A DNA stretch of 64,000 bases from an uncultured Nocardioides sp. (GCA_902805885.1 CADCUM010000027.1:35458-99457); one strand, 5' to 3'; numbered from the stretch's first letter, positions 19,286 through 29,968 are shown. The notes: generated from the letters alone by a model not told the origin. A program made the numbers and translations.

Positions 19286-19345
19286 GTCCCCATTCTCCGC
19301 CCCAGGACGCCCGCGGCGAAGCCGGCGACGACGGGATCTGTGACA

Positions 19346-19414
19346 CACCCCCTAGGGGGTGGACATCACCCCCAGGGAGGGCATCGCCCATCCGGACGCG
19401 GGTACAGCTGCGAA
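19346..19414 (+). promoter_or_regulatory. 16-bp palindrome and SigK-like ECF promoter
   Basis: CACCCCCTAGGGGGTG (19346-19361); CCATCC-N16-GCGAA (19388-19414). Confidence 0.45.
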
Positions 19415-19467
19415 GACACCACATGGGCCAACCCCGGTCCAGCCCTCCCATCGCAAGGAGAACCGTC

Positions 19468-20103
19468 ATGAACATCCTCATGAAGGCTGCAGCAACCCTC
19501 AGCACCGCCGCCCTGATCGGCACCGGCGTCGCCGGCAGCGCGAACGCCATGGTGGCGCGCGACGGCACCGAGACGTTCGGCCGCATCATCGCCCTCAACA
19601 ACTCAGGCGTCCAGGGCAGTGCGGAAGCCATCGTCCAGGGGCGTCGGGTGACCTTCGACGTGGACACGCGCAAGGTGCTCAGGAACATGCCGCACGCGCA
19701 GCACATCCACTTCGGCGCCAAGGCGCGGCACGAGTGCCCCGAGGCGTTCGACGACAAGAACGGTGACAACCAGCTCACCACCACCGACGGCAACGCTGCC
19801 TATGGTCCCATCAGGATCTCGATGACGACCAAGGGCGACACCAGCCCCAAGAGCGGCCTCGCCGTCACCCGGTTCCCGACCGCTCCCCGCGGCTCGTTCA
19901 CGTACAACCGCACGGTCCGGACCTCCAAGGGCGTGGCTGCCGCGATCCGTCGTGGCGAAGGCGTCTACGTCGTGCACGGTGTCGACTACAACGGCAACGG
20001 CAAGTACGACTTCAAGGGCAACGGCAAGAGCGAGCTCGACCCCAAGCTGCCCTCCGAGGCGACCGACCCGGCCGGCTGCACCGTGCTGCGGGTCCAGCGC
20101 TGA
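19468..20103 (+). CDS. secreted His-motif protein (CHRD/Cu-SOD-like fold suspected)
   Basis: AAGGAG RBS; signal peptide; PHAQHIH, YVVHGVDYNGNGKYD and EATDPAGC. Confidence 0.7.
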   Translation: MNILMKAAATLSTAALIGTGVAGSANAMVARDGTETFGRIIALNNSGVQGSAEAIVQGRRVTFDVDTRKVLRNMPHAQHIHFGAKARHECPEAFDDKNGDNQLTTTDGNAAYGPIRISMTTKGDTSPKSGLAVTRFPTAPRGSFTYNRTVRTSKGVAAAIRRGEGVYVVHGVDYNGNGKYDFKGNGKSELDPKLPSEATDPAGCTVLRVQR

Positions 20104-20115
20104 TCCACCGCACCG

Positions 20116-20146
20116 CCTGATCGATCGCAGGACCTGATCGATCGCA
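20116..20146. repeat. 14-bp direct repeat
   Basis: cctgatcgatcgca at 20116 and 20133. Confidence 0.7.
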
Positions 20147-20157
20147 CCGTGTGACCC

Positions 20158-20196
20158 GAGGGTCCCGGCCGCCACGTCGTGGCGGTCGGGACCCTC
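20158..20196. terminator. hairpin terminator between convergent genes
   Basis: 18-bp stem gagggtcccggccgccac/gtggcggtcgggaccctc (one G-U pair). Confidence 0.75.
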
Positions 20197-20202
20197 TCCA
20201 CG

Positions 20203-21225
20203 TCACGGGCAGCCCAGGCCGCCCCGGTAGCCCTCCGGCACACGGCCGGCCCGTACCTCGTCGGCGTACTCCCAGATCACCTCGGGGTAGTCGCCCTCGG
20301 CGTTCATCTGGTGGAGGACCTCCCACCGGCGGCTGTCGGCCAGCGCGCCGGCGGCACGCCTCATGCCCTCGTCGTCGCCGCTCTTCCTCGCGGCGGCGAA
20401 GAGGTCGAGCCACTCACAGGCGACCGCGCCGCTGACCCTGGCCCCCAGCTGGTAGGGGTCCTTCTCCTCGATGGCGGGCATCTCGAAGCCGGCTGGTACG
20501 GCGATGCCCCCCATCATCGCGGCGACCTCGGCGTCCTGCTCGGACGTGGTCACGAACTCTTCGGGGAGGGTGGCCTCGAATCCGGCCTCGTCGGTCCAGG
20601 CGAGCTGGTCGAGGAGCTCGAGGTAGGCCGACCTGCCCATCCCGTCCCCGCGCACCTCGGGGAACACCGTGCCGGTGACCGTCCCGATCGCCGTGTGGTC
20701 GGTGGCGGAGTACGGCCACATCAGGGCGTCCGTCCCCAGCAGCTGCACCGGCGTACCCGGGTCCACGTCCGGGGCGCCGATCCGGCGCCGGTCCTCGACG
20801 TAGCCGGTGTGGGCCCGGGCCGGCCGGAGATGGACCGCCAGGCTGGCGTCCCCCTTGTCGTACTGCACCTCGCGCTCGCCGTAGGAGTCGGCGACGTACG
20901 TCACCGTCCAGCCGTCCGCCTCCAGGACGACCCAGTCCCGCGAGGCCGGGACCGTCGGGGAGGCGGACGCCGAGGAGGACGACGCCGGTGCCCCGGCCTC
21001 CCGGGCCCCGTCGCCGCGGGTGAGCAGGTAGGACGGGACGACCAGCAGCCCCGCGACGGTGGCGGCTGCGGCGACCGGCACCAGCCAGCGGCGACGGCCG
21101 GGCGTCCCCGTGTCGGGGCGGGGTCGGTCGAGGACGGGTGTGGACATGATCTCCTCCAGGAGCTCGGCCCGAGCCGTGGAGAGGGGCAGGTCGGCGACCG
21201 CGTCGTCGTGGAGCCTGGGGTTCAT
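20203..21225 (-). CDS. putative single-pass membrane anti-sigma factor
   Basis: Short cytoplasmic N-terminus (ARAELLEEIM), RRRW followed by a TM, extracytoplasmic domain; coupled to the ECF sigma by an ATGA overlap. Confidence 0.7.
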   Translation of the reverse strand: MNPRLHDDAVADLPLSTARAELLEEIMSTPVLDRPRPDTGTPGRRRWLVPVAAAATVAGLLVVPSYLLTRGDGAREAGAPASSSSASASPTVPASRDWVVLEADGWTVTYVADSYGEREVQYDKGDASLAVHLRPARAHTGYVEDRRRIGAPDVDPGTPVQLLGTDALMWPYSATDHTAIGTVTGTVFPEVRGDGMGRSAYLELLDQLAWTDEAGFEATLPEEFVTTSEQDAEVAAMMGGIAVPAGFEMPAIEEKDPYQLGARVSGAVACEWLDLFAAARKSGDDEGMRRAAGALADSRRWEVLHQMNAEGDYPEVIWEYADEVRAGRVPEGYRGGLGCP

Positions 21226-21800
21226 CGGTCCTCCTCTCGGTCCGGGGTGGGGTGCTTTCCCGGGATGTGTCCGGGTGGGGGCAGATCGTTGCCGAGCAGG
21301 TCCCGCAGGCGGGCGCGGGCCCGCGAGAGGCGCGGCCGCACGACCGCGGCCGGCAGACCGAGGACCTCGGCGATCTCCCGGGGTTCCAGGCCCTCCCACA
21401 GGTGGAGCCGCAGGACCTCCTCGTCGCGGGCGCTCAGCCGCCCCATCGCCTCGTCGACCACGTGGTCCTGTACCACCCGGTCGCTGACGTCGGGGACGAC
21501 GACGGCCAGGTCATGGCGCAACCGCTCCCCGAGCCTGCGCCGGCGCAGCTCCCCTCGTCGCTGGTTGGCCAGCACGCGGCGCGCCACGCCGTACAGCCAG
21601 GGCAGGGCGTCCGGCCCGGGCGGGACGTGGTGGAGCCGGCGCCAGGCGACGAGGAAGCTCTCGCTCACGACGTCGGCGGCGTCCTCGGGCCGGCTGGTCC
21701 GCCGCAGCGCGTAGCCCAGCACGGCATCGAAGTGGGCGCCGTAGAGCGCGCGGAACGCCTCCTCGCGCTCGCGCGTGCGCGTGTCCCCCGTGACAGTCAT
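21222..21800 (-). CDS. ECF RNA polymerase sigma factor
   Basis: AADVVSESFLVAWRR and WLYGVARRVLAN (region 2); EGLEPREIAEVLG (region 4). Confidence 0.92.
   Translation of the reverse strand: MTVTGDTRTREREEAFRALYGAHFDAVLGYALRRTSRPEDAADVVSESFLVAWRRLHHVPPGPDALPWLYGVARRVLANQRRGELRRRRLGERLRHDLAVVVPDVSDRVVQDHVVDEAMGRLSARDEEVLRLHLWEGLEPREIAEVLGLPAAVVRPRLSRARARLRDLLGNDLPPPGHIPGKHPTPDREEDR
21266..21292 (-). promoter_or_regulatory. internal copy of the ECF promoter motif upstream of the anti-sigma gene
   Basis: GCAACGATC-N9-CCGGACACA on the minus strand, arms identical to 21809-21835. Confidence 0.65.
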
Positions 21801-21808
21801 GACTCCCT

Positions 21809-21835
21809 TGTGTCCGGCTCCCCCGCGATCGTTGC
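21809..21835 (-). promoter_or_regulatory. putative autoregulatory ECF promoter
   Basis: GCAACGATC-N9-CCGGACACA, 8 nt upstream of the sigma ATG. Confidence 0.65.
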
Positions 21836-21881
21836 AGCCCGACCGGAACTCTTCGCCGTCCCGTCCCGTCCCGGCTGGCGG

Positions 21882-23300
21882 CTAGAGGATCGCGCCGGGC
21901 ACGTACGACGCCGCGCCGGGGTGCCGCTCGGCGAGCCCCTCGACGGCCCGGACGACCGAGCGCACCTGGGCGACGGCGGCGCCGGTGAACTCGATCGGGT
22001 CGGCGACCAACGCCTCGATCTGCTCGCGGGTCAGCCCGAGCCGCTCGTCCGCGGCGAGCTTGACGAACACGTCGTTCTCGGCCTGCCCGGCCCGCATCGC
22101 CAGCGCGGTGCCGACGGCCGCCTCCTTGATCGCCTCGTGGGCCGCCTCCCGGCCCACGCCGTTGCGGACGGCCGCCATCAGGACCTTGGTGGTGGTCAGG
22201 AACGGCAGGTAGCGGTCGAGCTCACGCTGGACCACCGCGGGGAACGCGCCGAACTCGTCGAGCACGGTCAGGAAGGTCTGGAAGAGGCCGTCGGCGGCGA
22301 AGAACGCGTCGGGCAGCGCCACCCGCCGGACGACGGAGTCGGAGACGTCGCCCTCGTTCCACTGGTCGCCCGCGAGCTCGCCCACCATGGAGACGTGACC
22401 GCGGAGGATGACGGCGAGGCCGTTCACGCGCTCGCAGGAGCGGCTGTTCATCTTGTGGGGCATCGCCGACGAGCCGACCTGGCCCTCCTGGAACCCCTCG
22501 GTCACCAGCTCGTTGCCCGCCATCAGGCGGATCGTCGTGGCGAGGTTGGACGGCCCGGAGACCAGCTGGGCCAGCGCCGTGACGACGTCGTAGTCCAGCG
22601 AGCGCGGATAGACCTGCCCCACGCTGGTCAGCACCCGGTCGAAGCCGAGGTGCGCCGCCACGCGCTGCTCGAGCTCCTCGAGCCGGGACGCGTCGCCGTC
22701 GAGGAGGTCGAGCATGTCCTGGGCGGTGCCCATCGGGCCCTTGATCCCGCGCAGGGGGTATCGGGCGATCAGCTCCTCGACCCGTTGGACGCCGACGAGC
22801 ATCTCGTCGGCGACCGTGGCGAAGCGCTTCCCCAGGGTCGTCGCCTGCGCGGCGACGTTGTGGGATCGCCCGGCCATCACGGTGACCTCGTGCTGGGCGG
22901 CCAGCCTCGCCAGGCGGACCAGCGCCGCGACGGCACGGTCGCGGACGAGCTCCAGCGAGCGTCGTACCTGGAGCTGCTCGACGTTCTCGGTGAGGTCGCG
23001 CGAGGTCATCCCCTTGTGGATGTGCTCGTGGCCGGCGAGCCCGCAGAACTCCTCGATCCGCGCCTTCACGTCGTGACGGGTGACCCTCTCCCGCGTTGCG
23101 ATCGACCCCAGGTCGACCCGGTCGAGGATCCGCTCGTAGTCCTCGACGACGCCGTCGGGCACATCGACACCGAGGTCGCGCTGGGCCTTCAGCACCGCGA
23201 GCCAGAGCTGACGCTCGAGGACGACCTTGTGCTCGGGGGACCAGATGCGCGCCAGGTCGGCGCCGGCGTAGCGGGTGGCCAGGACGTTGGGGACGGTCAC
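21882..23300 (-). CDS. purB: adenylosuccinate lyase
   Basis: TRHDVKA, MAGRSHNVAAQ and GSSAMPHKMN signature. Confidence 0.97.
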   Translation of the reverse strand: MTVPNVLATRYAGADLARIWSPEHKVVLERQLWLAVLKAQRDLGVDVPDGVVEDYERILDRVDLGSIATRERVTRHDVKARIEEFCGLAGHEHIHKGMTSRDLTENVEQLQVRRSLELVRDRAVAALVRLARLAAQHEVTVMAGRSHNVAAQATTLGKRFATVADEMLVGVQRVEELIARYPLRGIKGPMGTAQDMLDLLDGDASRLEELEQRVAAHLGFDRVLTSVGQVYPRSLDYDVVTALAQLVSGPSNLATTIRLMAGNELVTEGFQEGQVGSSAMPHKMNSRSCERVNGLAVILRGHVSMVGELAGDQWNEGDVSDSVVRRVALPDAFFAADGLFQTFLTVLDEFGAFPAVVQRELDRYLPFLTTTKVLMAAVRNGVGREAAHEAIKEAAVGTALAMRAGQAENDVFVKLAADERLGLTREQIEALVADPIEFTGAAVAQVRSVVRAVEGLAERHPGAASYVPGAIL

Positions 23301-23342
23301 GCCGCAGATCATCCCACCGTTGGGTCGGCGGGGCGGCGCCGG

Positions 23343-23945
23343 TCAGCAGTCCTGGCGCGTGCCTGCCTGGCTCCGGCCGGGAGCCACGAGCCGGCGGACG
23401 GCCTCCACCACCGAGGCCCTGCGCCGCGCGCGCGAGTTGTTGCGTCCGGACGGTGTGAACTCCGGCGGCACGGACGTCCACGCGGTCGCCAGCGTGACGA
23501 CCAGCGGGAGCAGCACGTCCGGCGCGAAGGCGTCCGTCACGGTCCCGGCACGCTGGGCCGCGCGGATGCCGGCGAGCTTGGCGGCGTTGGCCTCGACGAT
23601 GGCCGCGACCGGCTCGTCGCCCGGCGAGCGCTCCAGGCGGTACCACGTCACCAGGCGGGCGAAGTCCGGTGCGGCCTCGAACTGGTCGAAGATCCGGCCC
23701 GCCGAGCCGGGCAGGTCCGTCGGGTCGAAGGACTCGTCCGCGACGGACGCCTGCACGAAGCGGGAGAAGACGGCGTCGAAGAGACCGTCCTTGCTGCCGA
23801 AGTAGTGGTAGATCTGCGCCTTGTTCGCCGACGCCGCCGCGGCGATGCGATCCACGCGCGCACCGGCGATGCCGCGCTCGGCGAACTCCGCGGTGGCGGC
23901 GTCCAGCAGGCGCTCCCGGGTGGCGTCGGCGTCTCGTGGGGACAT
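23343..23945 (-). CDS. TetR family transcriptional regulator
   Basis: GARVDRIAAAASANKAQIYHYFGSKDGL HTH. Confidence 0.92.
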   Translation of the reverse strand: MSPRDADATRERLLDAATAEFAERGIAGARVDRIAAAASANKAQIYHYFGSKDGLFDAVFSRFVQASVADESFDPTDLPGSAGRIFDQFEAAPDFARLVTWYRLERSPGDEPVAAIVEANAAKLAGIRAAQRAGTVTDAFAPDVLLPLVVTLATAWTSVPPEFTPSGRNNSRARRRASVVEAVRRLVAPGRSQAGTRQDC

Positions 23946-23958
23946 GACGTCAGCGTAG

Positions 23959-24021
23959 CAACTAACCGGATAGTTGACATACCGCACAGAGGGCTCCAGA
24001 CTTCTAACCAACCAGTTAGAA
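23959..24021. promoter_or_regulatory. two TetR-type operators in the divergent promoter
   Basis: CAACTA-N6-TAGTTG (23959-23976) and TTCTAAC-N6-GTTAGAA (24002-24021). Confidence 0.7.
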
Positions 24022-24037
24022 ACTACGAGGAGCACTC

Positions 24038-24862
24038 ATGACCACCACCCGCATCGCGCTCGTCACCGGCGCCTCCGCCGGCATCGGCGCCGCAACGGCC
24101 CGGCGCCTCGCCCGCGCGGGCTTCACCGTCTACGGCGCCGCCCGCCGCACCGACCGGCTCGCCGAGCTCGCTGACGACGGCGTGATCGCCCTGGCGATGG
24201 ACGTGACGGACGACGAGTCGCTGCAGGCCGGTGTCGCGCGGATCCTGGCCCAGCACGGCCGCATCGACGTGCTGGTCAACAACGCCGGCTACGGGTCGTA
24301 CGGCGCGGTCGAGGACGTCCCGCTCGAGGAGGCCAGGCGCCAGTTCGACGTCAACGTCTTCGGGCTCGCGCGGCTGACGCAGCTCGTGCTGCCGGCGATG
24401 CGCGAGCAGGGGTCCGGGCGCATCGTCAACGTGACGTCGATGGGCGGGAAGATGGCGACCGCGTTCGGCGGGTGGTACCACGCGACGAAGTTCGCCGTGG
24501 AGGGGCTCAGCGACTCCCTGCGCCAGGAGGTGGCGCCGTACGGCGTCGACGTCGTGGTCGTCGAGCCCGGCGCGATCCGCACCGAGTGGGGCGGCATCGC
24601 CGCCGAGAGCCTCGTCGCGCGGTCCGGTGACGGGGCGTACGGCGAGCGCGCCCGACGAGCCAGCGCCACCCTCCACTCGCCGCGGGCCGAGCGCCTGCAG
24701 TCCAGCCCCGAGGTGGTCGCCAAGGCCATCACCCGGGCGGCGACCGCGCGCCGTCCGCGGACCCGCTACGCGGTCGGCGCCGGCGCGAAGCCGGTCATCG
24801 CGGCCCGCAAGGTGCTGCCCGACCGGGCGTTCGACCTGGCGGCGCGCCAGCTGATGGGCTGA
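24038..24862 (+). CDS. short-chain dehydrogenase/reductase
   Basis: TGASAGIG, NNAGYG and YHATK. Confidence 0.92.
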   Translation: MTTTRIALVTGASAGIGAATARRLARAGFTVYGAARRTDRLAELADDGVIALAMDVTDDESLQAGVARILAQHGRIDVLVNNAGYGSYGAVEDVPLEEARRQFDVNVFGLARLTQLVLPAMREQGSGRIVNVTSMGGKMATAFGGWYHATKFAVEGLSDSLRQEVAPYGVDVVVVEPGAIRTEWGGIAAESLVARSGDGAYGERARRASATLHSPRAERLQSSPEVVAKAITRAATARRPRTRYAVGAGAKPVIAARKVLPDRAFDLAARQLMG

Positions 24863-24876
24863 CCCCCGCCCGGGGC

Positions 24877-24985
24877 GTAGTTCAGGGCGGAACGGTCAGT
24901 CCGGCACGTCCATGACGGCCGTTCTGCCCTGAACTACCCCGGCATGGACGGCGGGGCAGCCGGCATGGACGGCGGGGCAGCCGGC
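24877..24985. repeat. long inverted repeat (REP/terminator-like) plus 21-bp tandem repeat
   Basis: 21-bp arms 24877-24897 and 24917-24937; ccggcatggacggcggggcag twice at 24939 and 24960. Confidence 0.75.
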
Positions 24986-24989
24986 GCGG

Positions 24990-25535
24990 TCAGCCCGTCG
25001 GCGACCAGTCGTCCCAGGGGGCCCACCAGCGCTCGTCCCGCTCGAGCAGGTCCGCCATGCCGGCGGCCGCGCGCAGGACGTGCAGCATCTCGTCCAGCGT
25101 GATGCGCCCGGAGTCCAGGCTCGGAGCGAGGTCGTCCACGTCCTTCCAGCGCCAGTCGCCGTCCGGCGGGATCACGACGTCGAGCTGGAGGTCGTTGACG
25201 TCCACGCCGTCGGACCGCCGGACGTACGGCGTCTCGAAGTTGACGTACCAGAACCGGAAGCCGGAGGCGTCGAAGAACTTCCAGACGGAGTACCAGTCGC
25301 CGGGCCGGCGGAGCTTGAGCACCGTCATGCCTCGCCAGGCGTCGAGGTGACCCCACGGATGGGGCACCGGGTGCGGCGGGAAGGTCATCGGGCTGCCGTC
25401 CTGCTGCACCGTCGCGAGCACCCCGTCGTCGCTGTCGACCACCTCGTGCCACCGAGCCCACTCGGCGTCGTGCAACACCTCTCGGACCGTGAGGGACGTC
25501 CCCGCCGCGAAGGCGACCTGCTCACGCACGCGCAC
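24990..25535 (-). CDS. DUF402 domain protein
   Basis: WYVNFETP, DLQLDVVI and WKDVDDL. Confidence 0.8.
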   Translation of the reverse strand: MRVREQVAFAAGTSLTVREVLHDAEWARWHEVVDSDDGVLATVQQDGSPMTFPPHPVPHPWGHLDAWRGMTVLKLRRPGDWYSVWKFFDASGFRFWYVNFETPYVRRSDGVDVNDLQLDVVIPPDGDWRWKDVDDLAPSLDSGRITLDEMLHVLRAAAGMADLLERDERWWAPWDDWSPTG

Positions 25536-26783
25536 CGGCCCCCTCGACGACGCCGAGCGGCTCGGCGGCGATGTCGCGGCGCCACTGCGCTCCCGCGAAG
25601 CTGATCATCGCGACGCCCTCGTAGGCCTTCGCGCGCGCGTCCGCGACGTCCGTGCCGACCGCGCGGACGGCGAGCACCCGCCCACCGGCGGTGACGAGCC
25701 GGTGGTCGGTGAGAGCCGTCCCGGCGTGGACGACATCGACCTCGCGGTCGCCGTCGAGGGTCTCCGCACCGACGACGGGGTCACCGGTCCGGGAGGAGGC
25801 GGGGTAGCCCGCGCTCGCCATCACCACGCTGACGGCGGCGCCGTCCGCGAACGCCGGCACGGGCACGGCCGAGACGTCGCCGTCGGCCGCCGCCTCCAGC
25901 AACGGACCGAGCGGCGAGACCAGCAGCGCGAGGACCGGTTGCACGTCGGGGTCGCCGAAGCGGCAGTTGAACTCGATCACCCGAGGACCGGCCGCGGTCA
26001 GCGCGAGGCCGACGTAGAGGCAGCCCACGAACGGGGTCCCGCGACGGCGCATCTCGTCCAGGGTCGGCTGCACGACGCTCTCGAGCACGGTCGCGGCCAG
26101 GTCGGGCGGGGCCCACGGCAGCGGGGAGTAGGCGCCCATTCCTCCCGTGTTCGGCCCGCGGCCGCCGTCGAGCAGCCGCTTGAAGTCCTGGGCGGGCTGC
26201 AGTGCCCGGGCCGTGGTCCCGTCGCAGACCGCGAAGAGCGAGACCTCCGGACCGTCGAGGAACTCCTCGACCACCACCCGGTCGCACGACGCGGCGTGGG
26301 CGAGCGCCTCGTCGCGGTCACGCGTCACCACGACGCCCTTCCCGGCCGCCAGCGCGTCGTCCTTGACGACGTACGGCGCCCCGAACGCGTCGAGCGCGGC
26401 AGCGACCTCCTCCGGCGTGGTGCACGTGCGCGACCCCGCCGTCGGCACCCCGGCGGCGGCCATCACCTCCTTGGCGAAGGCCTTGGAGCCCTCGAGGCGC
26501 GCCGCCTCGCGGGACGGCCCGAAGCAGGCGATCCCCGCCTCCCGCACCGCGTCGGCGACCCCGGCGACCAGTGGGGCCTCCGGACCCACCACGACCAGCC
26601 GGGCGCCGATGGCGGCTGCGAGCGCGGCGACCCCGGGGCCGTCCATCGGGTCGACCTCGTGGAGCGTCGCGGCGGCCGCCATCCCGGGGTTGCCCGGCGC
26701 CGCGTGGACCTCGACGTCGCCGTCACGGGCCAGCGCCAGGACCAGCGCGTGCTCCCGTCCGCCGCTCCCGACGACCAGGATCC

Positions 26784-26787
<4 letters not shown>
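25522..26787 (-). CDS. purD: phosphoribosylamine--glycine ligase
   Basis: [30 protein letters not shown] and EFNCRFGDP. Confidence 0.97.
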
Positions 26788-28073
<1,286 letters not shown>

Positions 28074-28233
28074 CTCAGCCCTCCTCGCACGGTTGTGCAA
28101 CGACTCAGCCCCAGCGCTCGCGCGGCCGGGGCTCTTGCGGCGTCACGCTATCGCACCCGGGCAGGCTCGCCCCACGAGCACCGCGGACGCGGAACACGCC
28201 CGCGGAGCGGGGGAGGGGCTACTGTCCCGCCTT

Positions 28234-29187
28234 GTGGATCCCATGCTCGTCATCACCAACGCCGACGCGGGGCCGGCCGACGAGGAGACCCTCGAGGCGG
28301 CCCTGGACATCCTGCGCAAGGCGGGCTCGGTCGAGGTCGCCGCGACCTCCAACCCGGGCGAGCTCGACGGTGTGCTGCACCGGGCCGGCAGCCGGCTGAT
28401 CGTCGTCGCCGGCGGGGACGGCAGCCTCCACGCGGTCGTCGCGGCGCTCCACCGGCGCAACGAGCTCAAGGCCCGCACCCTCGCGCTGCTGCCGATGGGC
28501 ACCGGCAACGACTTCGCCCGCGGCAACGACATCCCCCTCGACACCTGCGAGGCGGCGCGACTGGTGCTGCGCGGCTCGCCCCGACCGGTGGACCTGATCG
28601 TCGACGACACCGGGTCCGTGGTCGTCAACAACGTGCACGTGGGGGTCGGCGCCCAGGCCAGCCGCAAGGGCCACAGGTGGAAGGAGCGCCTCCACGGGGT
28701 GGGGGTGGGAAAGGTCAACCTCGGCAAGCTCGGCTACCCGATCGGCGCGATGCTGTCGGCCTTCGCACCGCCGCACTGGCGACTGCGGGTCGAGCTCGAC
28801 GGCAAGGTCGTCAACGACCTCAACCAGCCGGTGCTCATGGTCTCGATCGGCAACGGCGGCAACGTCGGCGGCGGCACGGAGCTCAACCCCGATGCCGACA
28901 CCGAGGACGGCGTGCTCGACGTGATGATCAGCCGAGCGGCGGGCGTGGGCGCACGCTTCGGCTTCGTCGCGCGCCTGCGCAAGGGCGAGCACGAGCAGCG
29001 CGAGGACGTCTTCTCCTCGCGTGGCCGCACGGTGACCGTCAGCGGCGAGGAGTTCTGGATGTCGGCGGACGGGGAGATCTCCGGACCCGAGCGCAACCGC
29101 ACGTGGCGCGTCGAGCCCGCGGCGTACGCCATGGTGCTGCCGCGACCCGAGCCGGTCGCAGGCACCGAGCGCGGCGGCGGCGACTAG
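28234..29187 (+). CDS. diacylglycerol kinase family lipid kinase
   Basis: AGGDGS, PMGTGNDFAR, GNGGNVGGG and ADGE. Confidence 0.88.
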   Translation: MDPMLVITNADAGPADEETLEAALDILRKAGSVEVAATSNPGELDGVLHRAGSRLIVVAGGDGSLHAVVAALHRRNELKARTLALLPMGTGNDFARGNDIPLDTCEAARLVLRGSPRPVDLIVDDTGSVVVNNVHVGVGAQASRKGHRWKERLHGVGVGKVNLGKLGYPIGAMLSAFAPPHWRLRVELDGKVVNDLNQPVLMVSIGNGGNVGGGTELNPDADTEDGVLDVMISRAAGVGARFGFVARLRKGEHEQREDVFSSRGRTVTVSGEEFWMSADGEISGPERNRTWRVEPAAYAMVLPRPEPVAGTERGGGD

Positions 29188-29897
29188 GCCGGAGCGAGGC
29201 TCGGCGCGGGCTCCAGCGCCAGGTCGACCAGCAGCGAGGCGTGGGCGACGGCGGAGTCCACCACCGGGAGCGGCGCGTGCTCGGCGCCGACGAGGAGGCC
29301 GATCTCGGTGCACGCCAGCACGACGGCGTCGGCTCCGCGGGACCGGAGGTCGCGCATGACGTCGACGTACGCCGCGCGCGAGGAGTCGAGGAAGACGCCC
29401 TTGGTGATCTCCTCGAACACGACGCGGTCGACGAGCTCGCGACCCGCCTCGTCCGGCACGACGACCCCGATCCCGTGCTCGGCCAGCCGGTCGGCGTAGA
29501 ACGTCTCCTCCATCACCCACCGCGCGCCGAGGAGCCCCAGCGTCGACCAGCCCTCGCGCTTCGCGACGACGGCGACGGCGTCGGCGATGTGGACGGCGGG
29601 CACGCTGACGGCGGCCTCCAGGGCGGGGAAGTTCTTGTGCATGAGGTTCGTGCACAGTCCGACGAGCTCGGCCCCGCCCGCCTCGCAGCGACGCGCGGCA
29701 TCGGCGAGCAGGGCGGCGGACGCGGCCCAGTCGCCGCGCTCCTGGCAGTCGCGGATCTCGGCGAAGTCGAGGGACTGCAGCGAGATGCGGGCCGACGCGT
29801 GGCCGCCGAGGCGGGCAGCGACCTGCTCGTTGATCAGCCGGTAGTAGGTGGCGGTCGAGTGCCAGGACATGCCGCCGACGAGCCCGATGGTCCTCAT
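29184..29897 (-). CDS. aspartate/glutamate racemase family protein
   Basis: GLVGGMSWHST, LCTNLMH and LACTEI (two-Cys racemase). Confidence 0.9.
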   Translation of the reverse strand: MRTIGLVGGMSWHSTATYYRLINEQVAARLGGHASARISLQSLDFAEIRDCQERGDWAASAALLADAARRCEAGGAELVGLCTNLMHKNFPALEAAVSVPAVHIADAVAVVAKREGWSTLGLLGARWVMEETFYADRLAEHGIGVVVPDEAGRELVDRVVFEEITKGVFLDSSRAAYVDVMRDLRSRGADAVVLACTEIGLLVGAEHAPLPVVDSAVAHASLLVDLALEPAPSLAPA

Positions 29898-29968
29898 GCC
29901 CCCAGGGTGCGCGTGTCGAGGGTCCAAGGGAATCCTCGATCTTCTACGACGGGGCATAACCTGGACCT

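Noticed and set aside
24939-24985. Possible CRISPR repeats
   Set aside because: Head-to-tail tandem copies without spacers and no cas genes
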